Positions 47,181-57,168 of a stretch of DNA of 64,000 bases are shown here, in pieces (position 1 is the first letter of the stretch; each line of letters begins with the position of its first letter). Source of the stretch: Candidatus Adlerbacteria bacterium (GTDB lineage: Bacteria; Patescibacteriota; Minisyncoccia; Phycocordibacterales; SBAW01); assembly GCA_029288895.1 (NCBI GenBank), contig JARIGK010000002.1, forward strand, positions 94,986-158,985. The letters run 5' to 3'. The position numbers and the translations under genes were made by a program. The notes below the pieces were generated by a model, which made no database searches, was not told the DNA's origin, and saw only the letters and a list, made by a program, of their open reading frames with translations.

Positions 47181-47984
47181 TTACTCGTTTTTAAGCTTGT
47201 AGTACACCTTGTCGCCAAAACGCAGGTCGATGTACTGGAAGTCGGACAACGGGTGCGAGGAAAATGGCGCGGAGGTGAGTGCGAGCGAGAAATTATTAAA
47301 TATGGTGCCCGTGTCGGCATCGAGCGGCAATATCAATTCATACCCGCTCGAGATTTTGAGATGCACGTCTTCGTTTTCATCAACGCCAACCTCACGCACG
47401 TGGTCGGACCCAAGTTTTTTCGAAAATGCATCAACAAGGGCCGCGAGCGTATGGAATTTTTCGGGCGTTAGAAATTGTTGCGGCAATGTATTGCCTCGCT
47501 GGCCGCTTACATACGTTGTATACACCTGGCCCGAATATTCGGGCGCATTCGCGTACGCCAAACCATCGGCATCCAAGAGCACACAGTGCGCGTCGTCGGC
47601 GAAACACCACAGCGCATATGGAGAGCGTTCTGTTACTTCGATTTGTATCGTATGGAAATCTTTGGCACCAACGCGCACGGTTTTAAGCGTTGGGTAGAGC
47701 GCCAACAAATCGCGGGTTATCTGGTCTTTGGGGTAGAAAAAGATGTCAGCTTTGGAGAAGAGGCCGATGTATTTCCCCAGAGTATCGTGGAGCGCGGCCG
47801 CTTCAATAGATGATGCAGGCACAACGTTGTTACCCGACACTTCGACATCGCGGATGAGCAAAAACGATGCATTCAAAAACCACCAGATACATAAAAACAG
47901 CACGAGCAAAAAACCCACCCCTATTCCTGCAAGAATAAGAATTCGTTTTCGCCTTCGTTGCTTGAGTGTCAGAGCCCGAGCCAC
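47181..47984 (-). CDS. FtsQ/DivIB-like POTRA domain protein
   Basis: Basic N-terminus, TM, VEVSGN, VTER, YIDLRF. Confidence 0.8.
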   Translation of the reverse strand: MARALTLKQRRRKRILILAGIGVGFLLVLFLCIWWFLNASFLLIRDVEVSGNNVVPASSIEAAALHDTLGKYIGLFSKADIFFYPKDQITRDLLALYPTLKTVRVGAKDFHTIQIEVTERSPYALWCFADDAHCVLLDADGLAYANAPEYSGQVYTTYVSGQRGNTLPQQFLTPEKFHTLAALVDAFSKKLGSDHVREVGVDENEDVHLKISSGYELILPLDADTGTIFNNFSLALTSAPFSSHPLSDFQYIDLRFGDKVYYKLKNE

Positions 47985-47998
47985 TATTTCAGTGTACC

Positions 47999-49270
47999 CT
48001 ACTTCTTCTCTATCTTTTCGCGGCCGCCCATGTACGGACGGAGGGCTTCGGGGATGGTGATGGAGCCGTCTTCGTTTTGGTTGTTTTCGATGATGGAGAT
48101 AAAGATGCGCGGAGTTGCGAGTGCAGTGTTGTTAAGCGAGTGCGCGTGCTGCATGGCACCTTCGTCGTCTCGGTAGCGGATGTTCAAACGGCGAGTTTGG
48201 AAGTCGTGGAAGTACGACGACGAGTGTGTCTCGCGGTAGCGGTTTTCGGACGGCACCCACGATTCGATGTCGTATTTCTTTACTTGCCCTAACCCCAAGT
48301 CGCCGCCACAGTTAACGACAACATGGTATGGGATGTTCAGCGCCTGGAGCAGATCTTCGGCATTCTTGGTGAGCTCCTCGTGGAGGCGCACCGACTCTTC
48401 GTGTGACGCTTCCGAGAGCACCACTTGTTCAAACTTAAAGAATTCATGCACGCGCATAAGGCCCTTGGTGTCTTTGCCATGACTGCCCGCTTCGCGGCGG
48501 AAGCATGGCGAGAATGACATAAACTTCAGCGGCAATTCTTTTTTATCAAGCACTTCGCTCATGTAGTAGGCCATCGTTGCAACTTCTGCAGTGCCTGCCA
48601 AGAAATCATCATCCTGCGTTTTGTACAAATCTTCTTCGCCCTGGGGCAAGTAGCCAGTGCCCAAGAATGCAACACGTTTTACCAACGATGGCACGATCAT
48701 CGGCGTAAAGCCGCCTTTTTTAACAAAGTGGTCGAGCACAAACTGCCACACGGCAAAGTTCAACAACGCACCATCGCCTTTTAAAACATAGCCGCGGAAG
48801 CCGGCAACTTTCGTGCCGCGCTCAAAATCAGCCATATCTAAATTCTGCATCAATTCGACATGAGATTTGGGCGTGAAGGAAAAGTTCGACGGCGTGCCCC
48901 ACGTACGCACTTCGACGTTGTCTGCGTCCGAGGCGCCTTCTGGCACCGAGAGGTCCGGGATGTTTGGCACCTGCACCATGAGGGCCTGCCATTCATGTTC
49001 GACAGTTTTGAGTTCTTCTTCGCCCTTGGCCATTTCTTCCTTTACCTGCTTCATATCTGCAAGTAGAGCCTCTTTTTCTTCGGGCGAGGCAGAGACAATT
49101 TTTGCATTTGCTGCATTCTGTTTTGCGCGCAACGTTTCCGTCTCTGTGAGCAATTCGCGGCGGCGTGCGTCTACGGCCAAGAGCTTGTCCAAATCGACAT
49201 CAATATGCTTTTTCTTCGCACCCGCTTTTACCGCATCGATATTTTCGCGGATGAATTTTATATCCAACAT
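47999..49270 (-). CDS. serS: Serine--tRNA ligase
   Basis: MLDIKFIREN, GTAEV, CFRREAGSHG, YRETHSSS, HSLNNT; start ATG 49270. Confidence 0.98.
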   Translation of the reverse strand: MLDIKFIRENIDAVKAGAKKKHIDVDLDKLLAVDARRRELLTETETLRAKQNAANAKIVSASPEEKEALLADMKQVKEEMAKGEEELKTVEHEWQALMVQVPNIPDLSVPEGASDADNVEVRTWGTPSNFSFTPKSHVELMQNLDMADFERGTKVAGFRGYVLKGDGALLNFAVWQFVLDHFVKKGGFTPMIVPSLVKRVAFLGTGYLPQGEEDLYKTQDDDFLAGTAEVATMAYYMSEVLDKKELPLKFMSFSPCFRREAGSHGKDTKGLMRVHEFFKFEQVVLSEASHEESVRLHEELTKNAEDLLQALNIPYHVVVNCGGDLGLGQVKKYDIESWVPSENRYRETHSSSYFHDFQTRRLNIRYRDDEGAMQHAHSLNNTALATPRIFISIIENNQNEDGSITIPEALRPYMGGREKIEKK

Positions 49271-49300
49271 ATAGCCAGTTTTATACTTACAAATAGTACA

Positions 49301-50164
49301 ATGCGCTTCCCTATACGACAACTAACCCACAAAGAGTTCCCGAGGCTCCTCAAAGAGATCCCCGACCCGCCAAAACACCTCTATATACGAGGCGAGCTAC
49401 CCTCGGACGACACTATATATCTATGTGTCGTGGGTTCGCGCTCGTGCACATCGTACGGGCGGCGCATGGTGCGTAAACTAATCGCAGGGTTGGCACAGTA
49501 CAAGGTCGCAATTGTCTCGGGGTTGGCCTTGGGTATGGATTCGGAGGCACACAGGGCCGCACTTGATGTCGGCTTACCCACTGTGGCTGTGTTGCCATCG
49601 TCCTTAGACGACGCATCGCTCTACCCGTCGACCAACGTGCCGCTCGCGCACACCATACTTACAAAGGGCGGCGCGCTCATTTCTGAAAACGAGGCGCCGT
49701 TTATTGCGATGCTGCACTCCTTCCCACAACGCAACCGCATTGCCGCAGGGATGTCGAAAGTTACACTTATTGTAGAAGCTGGCGAAAAGTCGGGCACGCT
49801 CATAACTGCACGCCTCGCACTCGACTACAACCGCGAAGTGCTCGCCATCCCACACGAGCTTGAAAGACCCACGGGCGTCGGTATCAATCGCTTGCTCCGG
49901 GAGGGCGCAACGCTGGTGCGTGACTCACGCGATATCGCACAGGCACTGGGTTTAAAAACAGACGACATACCCGTACAAGCCACACTCCCTGTAGACCTCA
50001 CAGAGCACGAATCCGCCATACTCACTCTATTAATAGAGCCGCTTGCTGCAGACGAATTAATTGAGCAATCAAATCTTTTGGCGCATGAAGTAAACATCGT
50101 GCTTTCGTCATTGCTCATCCGTGGGCTGATAACAGAGCGGTTAGGAAAAATTGAACGTGTATGA
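49301..50164 (+). CDS. dprA: DNA-processing protein
   Basis: VVGSR, IVSGLALGMD, FPQRNRI, SGTLITA; start ATG 49301. Confidence 0.95.
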   Translation: MRFPIRQLTHKEFPRLLKEIPDPPKHLYIRGELPSDDTIYLCVVGSRSCTSYGRRMVRKLIAGLAQYKVAIVSGLALGMDSEAHRAALDVGLPTVAVLPSSLDDASLYPSTNVPLAHTILTKGGALISENEAPFIAMLHSFPQRNRIAAGMSKVTLIVEAGEKSGTLITARLALDYNREVLAIPHELERPTGVGINRLLREGATLVRDSRDIAQALGLKTDDIPVQATLPVDLTEHESAILTLLIEPLAADELIEQSNLLAHEVNIVLSSLLIRGLITERLGKIERV

Positions 50165-50177
50165 TAGAACAACTGGC

Positions 50178-52520
50178 ATGAAGCTCGTCATTGTGGAAAG
50201 CCCCGCAAAGGCAAAGACGATCGAAAAATATTTAGGCGACGTCGGCGACGGCGATTTTGTTGTGCGCGCATCCGTCGGCCATGTGCGCGATTTGCCTAAG
50301 AGCAACAAGAAGGCAATTGATATCGACGCGGGCTTCGTCCCCCACTACGAAGTGGTGCCTGCCAAGGTGGAAGTCATCCATGATTTGAAAACACTCGCGA
50401 AGAAGGCGAGCAAGGTCATCCTCGCAACCGACCCCGACCGCGAAGGCGAAGCGATTGCCTGGCACATCCAGGATGAGCTTGGGTTGAAAAAACCAGAACG
50501 CATCGTCTTCCACGAAATCACCAAAGAAGCTATCAAAGAAGCCGTGGAGCACCCGCGTCTTATAGATGAGAACCTCCGCCAGGCGCAAGAAGCGCGCCGC
50601 GTGCTCGACCGCCTTGTAGGCTACGACCTCTCGGGCCTTATCTGGAAAAAGGTGCGTTACGGCCTTTCGGCTGGCCGCGTGCAGAGCCCAGCGCTTCGCA
50701 TTGTGATGGAACGCGAGCGCGAGATCCGCGCCTTCGTGCCCCAGACGTTCTACGTTGTCTCGGCAGATACAGAAACAAAAAAGAAAGAGGGTTTGACGCT
50801 CGTAGCAAACCGCGACTTGGGCGATAAAAAACATGCGGACGAACTTATTGCGCTTGTTACAAAAGAGGGTCTGACTGTTGCGGGCGTCACCGAGACCGAA
50901 GCAAAGCGCTCGACCCGCGCACCATTTACGACATCAACGCTGCAGCAGACGGCGAGCTCGCGCCTTGGCTTTTCGCCGGCAAACACGATGCGCATTGCGC
51001 AGAAATTGTACGAAGCGGGCCACATTACCTATATGCGTACCGACTCGACCAACCTAGGCAAGCCAGCACAAGCTGCCATCCTTGCGCATGTCGAGAAAAA
51101 GTACGGAGCAAACTACGTGCAGCCTCGCGTGTTTACGACCAAGTCGAAGAATGCGCAGGAAGCACACGAAGCTATCCGCCCAACAAACGTGGGCAAAGAG
51201 TCGCTTGGTTCAACCCCGGAGCAGAAAAAGCTCTACGAATTGATTTGGGCGCGCACGGTTGCCTCGCAGATGGCAGATGCAAAAATCTTGCGCACCAAAG
51301 TTATTGCAAAAACAAAGACGGAAGTTATTGCGTACGAGAAGGCACACGTCGAATCGCACACCGGAGATGATGATACGCAAGATAAAGAAGACACATCGGA
51401 TTTTGTAACGTACGACCTCACCTTTGGTGAAAAAGAAAAGAAGGATGCGGTAGATTTCTTCTTCCAGGCAAACGGCTCGCGCGTTTTGTTCGACGGCTGG
51501 CTCCGCGCAGACCCGGCAGCGCGCGGCGAAGATGTCGAATTGCCAGAAGTAAAAGAAGGCGAGGCATTGTCTGTGAAAGAGACGCACCTGGAAGAAAAGC
51601 AGACCACCCCACCCCAGCGCTACACAGAAGCGGGCCTTATTAAAGAGCTCGAAAAGCGCGGCATCGGCCGCCCGTCGACGTACGCATCCATCATGCGCAC
51701 ACTCGAAGAACGCGGCTACGTCACCAAAGAAGGCCGCTCATTGGTGCCCACAGACACAGGCGACGTTGTATCGACCTTCCTCGAAGACAACTTCCCTACG
51801 TATATCAGCGATACCTTTACGGCCGAGATGGAAGACGAGCTCGACGATATTGCCCAAGGCAAGCGCGAATATGCAAAGACGCTCAAAGATTTTTACACGC
51901 CGTTCTTAAAAGAAGTAAAAATAAAAGACAAAGAAGCCGGCAAGCTTACGGACTTGGGGCCAGCACCGCAGGAATTTACCTGCCCCGTGTGTGGTTCGCC
52001 AATGGTCTACAAACTTTCGCGCCAAGGCAAATTTATGAGCTGCGCGCGCTTCCCCGACTGCGTGGGTGCACGCACAGAAACAGGCGAAGTTATTTCAAAC
52101 GACCCCGCAAAACCAATCGGCAACCATCCAGAAACTGGCGAGCCAATCTACGTGCTCTCGGGGCGCTTTGGGCCGTATGTGCAGTTGGGCGAAATGCCAA
52201 CCGGCAAAGGCTCGACCAAAAAAGCAAAACCAAAACGTGCATCGATTCCAAAAGAAGTTGACCCAGCTACTGTCACGGTAGAACTAGCAGCGCACTACTT
52301 GGCATTGCCGCGTAAATTGGGCGTGCACCCAGACACCGGCATGGATATTGTTACCAACGTCGGCCGCTTTGGCCCCTACATCGCACACAACACCAAACCT
52401 AAAGCTGACTTCCGTTCGCTCAAAACCGACAACCCGTACGACATCACGTTTGAACGCGCCTTGGAAATCCTCAAAGAAGAAAAGAAACGTCGCGGCTTCG
52501 CAAAGAAAAAGTCTGAATAA
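50178..52520 (+). CDS. topA: Type I DNA topoisomerase
   Basis: IVESPAKAKTI, ATDPDREGE, SAGRVQS, ITYMRTDS, GIGRPSTY; one Zn ribbon plus GRFGPY repeats. Confidence 0.98.
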   Translation: MKLVIVESPAKAKTIEKYLGDVGDGDFVVRASVGHVRDLPKSNKKAIDIDAGFVPHYEVVPAKVEVIHDLKTLAKKASKVILATDPDREGEAIAWHIQDELGLKKPERIVFHEITKEAIKEAVEHPRLIDENLRQAQEARRVLDRLVGYDLSGLIWKKVRYGLSAGRVQSPALRIVMEREREIRAFVPQTFYVVSADTETKKKEGLTLVANRDLGDKKHADELIALVTKEGLTVAGVTETEAKRSTRAPFTTSTLQQTASSRLGFSPANTMRIAQKLYEAGHITYMRTDSTNLGKPAQAAILAHVEKKYGANYVQPRVFTTKSKNAQEAHEAIRPTNVGKESLGSTPEQKKLYELIWARTVASQMADAKILRTKVIAKTKTEVIAYEKAHVESHTGDDDTQDKEDTSDFVTYDLTFGEKEKKDAVDFFFQANGSRVLFDGWLRADPAARGEDVELPEVKEGEALSVKETHLEEKQTTPPQRYTEAGLIKELEKRGIGRPSTYASIMRTLEERGYVTKEGRSLVPTDTGDVVSTFLEDNFPTYISDTFTAEMEDELDDIAQGKREYAKTLKDFYTPFLKEVKIKDKEAGKLTDLGPAPQEFTCPVCGSPMVYKLSRQGKFMSCARFPDCVGARTETGEVISNDPAKPIGNHPETGEPIYVLSGRFGPYVQLGEMPTGKGSTKKAKPKRASIPKEVDPATVTVELAAHYLALPRKLGVHPDTGMDIVTNVGRFGPYIAHNTKPKADFRSLKTDNPYDITFERALEILKEEKKRRGFAKKKSE

Positions 52521-52567
52521 AAAAAACCCTGGATTTTCATCCAAGGGTTATCACAAGCGGCACTGCA

Positions 52568-52786
52568 TCAGTCTTTGACGCACTGTAACTCATCGCGCTT
52601 GTCGCTATTGCTGTGCACGACGACGTAGCAGGTCGTCTTCTGCGCTTCATTGCGAACAGCAACGAACGTAACTTTCCCACTGCCGATGTTCGTGAATCGG
52701 GCAGGCAAACCCTCTTGCGGCTGCTGTGCATGGGCGGAACAGACCGCACTTAAAGCGAGGGCGATAAACAGAACAAATGTGCGCAC
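52568..52786 (-). CDS. Small exported hypothetical protein
   Basis: AAGGAG SD, signal peptide, two further Cys. Confidence 0.6.
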   Translation of the reverse strand: MRTFVLFIALALSAVCSAHAQQPQEGLPARFTNIGSGKVTFVAVRNEAQKTTCYVVVHSNSDKRDELQCVKD

Positions 52787-52891
52787 GGTATAGCTCCTTC
52801 TAAGGCTCGAACGGAATGTCCAAAGCTGTTGAGCAAATTACATCACAAATATTTAATGGTCAATAAATTCTAAAATTGCTACACTGGCTAC

Positions 52892-54463
52892 ATGCCAGAG
52901 GTGAAAGACATAATAAACCTCATGAATGGGCCGTCGAAGGACGACCAGGCTTTGGTAGAGAAAGCGTACAACTTTGCGAAAGAAGCTCATAAAGACCACA
53001 AACGATTCTCGGGTAAGCCATACTTTATCCACCTCGTGGAGACTGCTAAAGGCTTGGCCAAACTAGGCATGAGCGCTCGGGTTGTTGCTGCAGGCCTCCT
53101 CCACGACTCCATTGAAGACGTCGGCGTAAAACCCGAAACAATCGAGCGCGAATTTGATAAAGAAGTCCGCTTCCTTGTCGAGGGCGTGACAAAACTCGGC
53201 CAATTTAAATACAGCGGCGCGGAACGTCATCGTGAAAGTTTGCGCAAATTGCTTGTGGCAACAGGCCAAGACGCACGCGTTTTGATCATTAAGTTGATGG
53301 ACCGTTTGCACAATATGCGCACGCTCCAGCACGTGCCGCCCGAAAAGCAAAAGCGCATCGCACTTGAGACGCTCGAAATTTACGCTGCTATCGCCCACCG
53401 CTTGGGTATGGGCTTGGTGCGCCGCGAATTGGAAGACTTGGCGTTTAAATATGCCTACCCGGAAGACTATGCCGAGGCGAAGAAGCTCTTGAGCGAACGC
53501 GCACAAGAAACAGAAGATCGCTTGGAAAAAATGTCGCGCGCGCTTAAAACTGAACTTGCCAAGAACGGCATCCGCAATTTCCATGTGGAACAGCGCGTCA
53601 AAGGCCTATGGAGTTTGTGGCAAAAACTGCAGCGCAAAGGCGGCGATATCGAAAACGTCTTTGACGTGGCGGCGTTACGCGTGATTGTGCCGGACGTTGC
53701 CGAGTGCTACCGCGTGCTTGGGCTGGTACACAACCTGTGGCAGCCGCTGCCAAACAAAATTAAAGACTATATCGCCTTCCCTAAGCCAAACGGCTATCAA
53801 GGGCTGCACACGACGATCTTCTCGGGCGATGGCGGCATTGTCGAAATACAGATCCGCACGGAAGACATGCACCAAGAGGCACAGTTCGGCATCGCAGCGC
53901 ACGTCATGTACAAAGAAAATACGGCGCCTGACGGGAAGTCGGGTGCACAGCGCCGCCGTGGCACATCAAGCTTTGACTGGATACGCAGTTTGATGCCGCG
54001 CCTCAAACGCCCATCGCCGCGCCAAGCATCGGATACAACACAGGAGCCCGAAGTGCGCACGCGTGCACGCTATGGCGCACCAGAGACGCCGACCTGGCTT
54101 GCCGAACTCGACGACGAGGTATCAGACCCAGACTTTGAAACAACGCTGCGCACCGACATCTTTACGCATCGCGTGTTTGCCTTTACCCCAAAGGGCGATG
54201 TGGTGGACCTGCCGCTTAATTCAAGCCCGATAGACTTTGCCTATGCCATCCACTCTGACATCGGCGACCACGTCGCTGGCGCCAAAGTAAACGGCAATAT
54301 GGCGCCGCTCGACACCGTGCTCCACAACGGCGACATTGTCGAAATCCAAACCAAAAAGAATGCAAAGCCGTCTAAAAAATGGCTCGACTTCGCCAAGACC
54401 ACTTTGGCCCGCCGCCACATCCGCCACGCACTGGAAGGCAGCCAGCCTAATTCACAAAAATAG
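52892..54463 (+). CDS. rel: RelA/SpoT homolog (HD, synthetase and TGS domains)
   Basis: LLHDSIED, DRLHNMRTL, KDYIAFPKPNGYQGLHT, EIQIRT, DFAYAIH. Confidence 0.95.
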   Translation: MPEVKDIINLMNGPSKDDQALVEKAYNFAKEAHKDHKRFSGKPYFIHLVETAKGLAKLGMSARVVAAGLLHDSIEDVGVKPETIEREFDKEVRFLVEGVTKLGQFKYSGAERHRESLRKLLVATGQDARVLIIKLMDRLHNMRTLQHVPPEKQKRIALETLEIYAAIAHRLGMGLVRRELEDLAFKYAYPEDYAEAKKLLSERAQETEDRLEKMSRALKTELAKNGIRNFHVEQRVKGLWSLWQKLQRKGGDIENVFDVAALRVIVPDVAECYRVLGLVHNLWQPLPNKIKDYIAFPKPNGYQGLHTTIFSGDGGIVEIQIRTEDMHQEAQFGIAAHVMYKENTAPDGKSGAQRRRGTSSFDWIRSLMPRLKRPSPRQASDTTQEPEVRTRARYGAPETPTWLAELDDEVSDPDFETTLRTDIFTHRVFAFTPKGDVVDLPLNSSPIDFAYAIHSDIGDHVAGAKVNGNMAPLDTVLHNGDIVEIQTKKNAKPSKKWLDFAKTTLARRHIRHALEGSQPNSQK

Positions 54464-55069
54464 TTAGCCCAAATGCGCGTGATCGTTCCAGGTGAGCAGT
54501 TTCCACGCACCATCATATTCGAGTACCGTTATACCTGTGTTTGAAGTCATTATATTGTTCATTGCGCGCTCTTCCTGCTCCCACGTTGCTGAATCACCAA
54601 ACAAAACAGCAAGCACCATATGGCGCAAGAAGCGTCCGTGAGTTACAACAACGATAGAATCTTCGGGCTGCTCTGCAATATATGCGAGTGCCTGTTTTGC
54701 ACGCGCATGTAGCATCGCCGGGGTTTCTTCATCTTCGTACTGCCAATCGCGATTGCGCTTAACTAGATAGTCTTGAACAATTTCTTCTTTGTACTGAATT
54801 CCAATAAAAGAGGTTGGATATTTAGCTTCTGCAAATAAAGGAGAGAAGCGCGGTTCGTGCCCTGTGCGTTCTGCAATCTTTTCTGCAGTTTGCTTTGCAC
54901 GAAGCATATCGCTCGAAAGCAAAAGATCGAATTGAACACGCGTAAGGCGGTCTGCAATCATTCCTGCTTGCTCTATGCCCTTTTCAGCCAACGCATCAGC
55001 GCCGTCTTGCACGCGGCTTTCTATATTAAATTTGGTCAGCCCGTGCCGGACAAAATAAACTTTTTTCAT
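54464..55069 (-). CDS. Histidine phosphatase family protein
   Basis: RHG, RAKQTA, VVTHG, WNDHAHL. Confidence 0.93.
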   Translation of the reverse strand: MKKVYFVRHGLTKFNIESRVQDGADALAEKGIEQAGMIADRLTRVQFDLLLSSDMLRAKQTAEKIAERTGHEPRFSPLFAEAKYPTSFIGIQYKEEIVQDYLVKRNRDWQYEDEETPAMLHARAKQALAYIAEQPEDSIVVVTHGRFLRHMVLAVLFGDSATWEQEERAMNNIMTSNTGITVLEYDGAWKLLTWNDHAHLG

Positions 55070-56175
55070 AGAGAGAAGTTGCTTGGGTCGAAGCTGTTTT
55101 CGTCAGCTTCTTTTTCTTCTTTACTGCGATCGTCCAAAATTTCTGCCGGTTTTTCGTCAGGTACTACTTCTGCAGGGGTTACTGCTTCTGTAGCAGGAAT
55201 AAGCTCGGTCGAAACGTTGGGTGACGAAGGCGAAATATCGGCTGTAGGGGGTTTGCTGAGCGACGGCGAAGCAACTTCAGCTGATTCGGCAGCAGTCGAA
55301 TCAGCGTACCCGGAGGACGATGATTTCGCCGTAGTTTTGCCCTGTGCGATGCGGCTTGCGAGAGCGGCGAAGAGAACGCGAAGGTCATCTTCGCTCATAA
55401 AGTCTATAGAAAGTTTGCCGCCGTGTTCTTTTGGCTCGATTGCCACGCGAGTACCAAGCGCCTGCGTCAATTCGCTTTCCATCTCCAAAATCTCGGGCGA
55501 ATAGATATATTCTTTCTTGCGCACGCGGTCAAACGCGATGCGGCGCGCGATCGACTCCGTGTCGCGCACTGTGAGGCGCTTGAGCATGATCTCGCGGAAG
55601 AGCACGCCCTGCTCTTGCGGCCTGTCTGCAAGCATCAAGAGCGGGCGTGTGTGGCCTTCGGCGATTTTGCCGTCTGCCAACGCGTCCTGCATGTCTTTGG
55701 GCAACATCAAAAGGCGCAACGTGTTCGAAACATACTCGCGGCTCTTGCCCACTTTTTGTGCAACTTCTATATGCTTAAATCCGAACTCGTTTACCAAGCG
55801 GGCAAACGCATGCGCGCGGTCCATTGGGTTTAGGTCTTCGCGCTGGAGGTTTTCGATGATAGCGACTTCTAGCTTTGTTTTGTCGTCATCGTAGTCGGCG
55901 CGGATAATAACCGGCACTTGCGCGACGCCCGCCAAGCGCGACGCGCGCAAACGGCGCTCGCCCGCTATCAATTCATATTCGGTACCAATACCGCCGTCGG
56001 ATTTCTCGAATTCTTTGCGCGTAACGGTCAGCGGCTGGATGACACCGTACTGGCGGATGGACTTTGCCAAGTCCTCGAGCTTGGCTTGGTCGAACTCGCG
56101 GCGGGGTTGGTACGGGTTTGGCTTAATTTTGTCGACTTCGACCCAGAAGATAGCGTTGTTGAAAAATTCTGACAT
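55066..56175 (-). CDS. parB: ParB/Spo0J partition protein
   Basis: NPYQPRREF, LIAGERRLRA, IENLQREDLN; start ATG 56175. Confidence 0.95.
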   Translation of the reverse strand: MSEFFNNAIFWVEVDKIKPNPYQPRREFDQAKLEDLAKSIRQYGVIQPLTVTRKEFEKSDGGIGTEYELIAGERRLRASRLAGVAQVPVIIRADYDDDKTKLEVAIIENLQREDLNPMDRAHAFARLVNEFGFKHIEVAQKVGKSREYVSNTLRLLMLPKDMQDALADGKIAEGHTRPLLMLADRPQEQGVLFREIMLKRLTVRDTESIARRIAFDRVRKKEYIYSPEILEMESELTQALGTRVAIEPKEHGGKLSIDFMSEDDLRVLFAALASRIAQGKTTAKSSSSGYADSTAAESAEVASPSLSKPPTADISPSSPNVSTELIPATEAVTPAEVVPDEKPAEILDDRSKEEKEADENSFDPSNFSL

Positions 56176-56220
56176 TGACGATATTCTAGCATAGCTAGAC
56201 AAACGTTCGAAAAATCGTAA

Positions 56221-56301
56221 GCCGGAGTGGCGTAATGGTAGCCGCGCACGACTCAAAATCGTGTCCCGCAAGGGGTGAGAGTTCGAGTCTCTCCTCCGGC
56301 A
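56221..56301 (+). tRNA. tRNA-Leu(CAA)
   Basis: Acceptor GCCGGAG/CTCCGGC, anticodon arm CACGA-CTCAAAA-TCGTG, long variable arm CCC-GCAA-GGG. Confidence 0.96.
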
Positions 56302-56371
56302 CAAAGTTTCCTGTAGCCTATTTTTATAGTAAGGTCTCCCTAGTTGAACATTTAACCCAAGGAGACGTCCG

Positions 56372-57112
56372 ATGGCTACAAAGCCACAGCTTATTCTCGC
56401 GTACGATCGCAGCACGTTTAACCCCGAAGATATTCGGCTGCTCAAGAATCTTGTGCCCATGGTCGACATGGTTAAACTCGGCTTCGAAGCAATGAGTGCC
56501 GAGGAACCTCTTGAAGGTGGGGCGTGTTCAGTGGCGTATCTTGTTCGCGATTTCCTCCACGATAGGGATGAGTTCGATTCCCCTATCCCAATCATGTGGG
56601 ACGCGAAACTCAACGACGTCTACAAGACCGTGTCTCGTACGCTGCCAAATATCATCCGGAGCGACGTTCATTTCGTCACGCTGCATGCAAACATGAGTGA
56701 GGCAACCCTTCGCCGCGCAGTCGAAATCTGCAAAGGTACAAGGACGAGACCTGTGGCAGTGACCCTCCTGAGCGATATGACGGAGGCCGACACTGCAATG
56801 TGTTTCGATGCAAGCACAAAAGATGCAACATTGAGATTCGCCTGCAGAGCGCGGATGTGCGGTTTTGAACATATCGTATGTTCGGCCCAAGAGCTTGAAT
56901 ATCTACGTGACGGCAGAGCTATCGAAGAGTTCAAGCTTATCGTGGTCGGCATTCGCCACAAAATGCCCGCCCACGGCCAAGTACGTATTGCCACCCCTCG
57001 GGAGGCAGCTCGCCTTGGCGCTGATTACATTGTGCTTGGTACTGAAGTGACGGGCGCCTCCGATCCGCTCTCAGCACTGAAAGCGATACATGAAGATCTT
57101 GAAAATCTATAG
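56372..57112 (+). CDS. Divergent orotidine-5'-phosphate decarboxylase-like protein
   Basis: ILAYD, WDAKLND (DxKxxD), VTLH, VAVTLLS, GIR, QVRIATP, GADYIVLG. Confidence 0.8.
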   Translation: MATKPQLILAYDRSTFNPEDIRLLKNLVPMVDMVKLGFEAMSAEEPLEGGACSVAYLVRDFLHDRDEFDSPIPIMWDAKLNDVYKTVSRTLPNIIRSDVHFVTLHANMSEATLRRAVEICKGTRTRPVAVTLLSDMTEADTAMCFDASTKDATLRFACRARMCGFEHIVCSAQELEYLRDGRAIEEFKLIVVGIRHKMPAHGQVRIATPREAARLGADYIVLGTEVTGASDPLSALKAIHEDLENL

Positions 57113-57113
57113 C

Positions 57114-57144
57114 AGCGCTCCCTTCGGGGGCGCTTTTCTTTTTT
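57114..57144 (+). terminator. Intrinsic terminator
   Basis: AGCGCTCCC-TTCG-GGGGCGCT followed by a T-run. Confidence 0.85.
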
Positions 57145-57168
57145 GTATAAACACGGTAGAAGTTTGGT

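Noticed and set aside
55066-56613. 515-aa ParB and similar N-terminal extensions (18054-19004, 37248-38225, 26371-27117, 29120-30115)
   Set aside because: The extensions run through a tRNA or neighbouring genes; the downstream ATGs coincide with the start of homology and several have adjacent -10 boxes.
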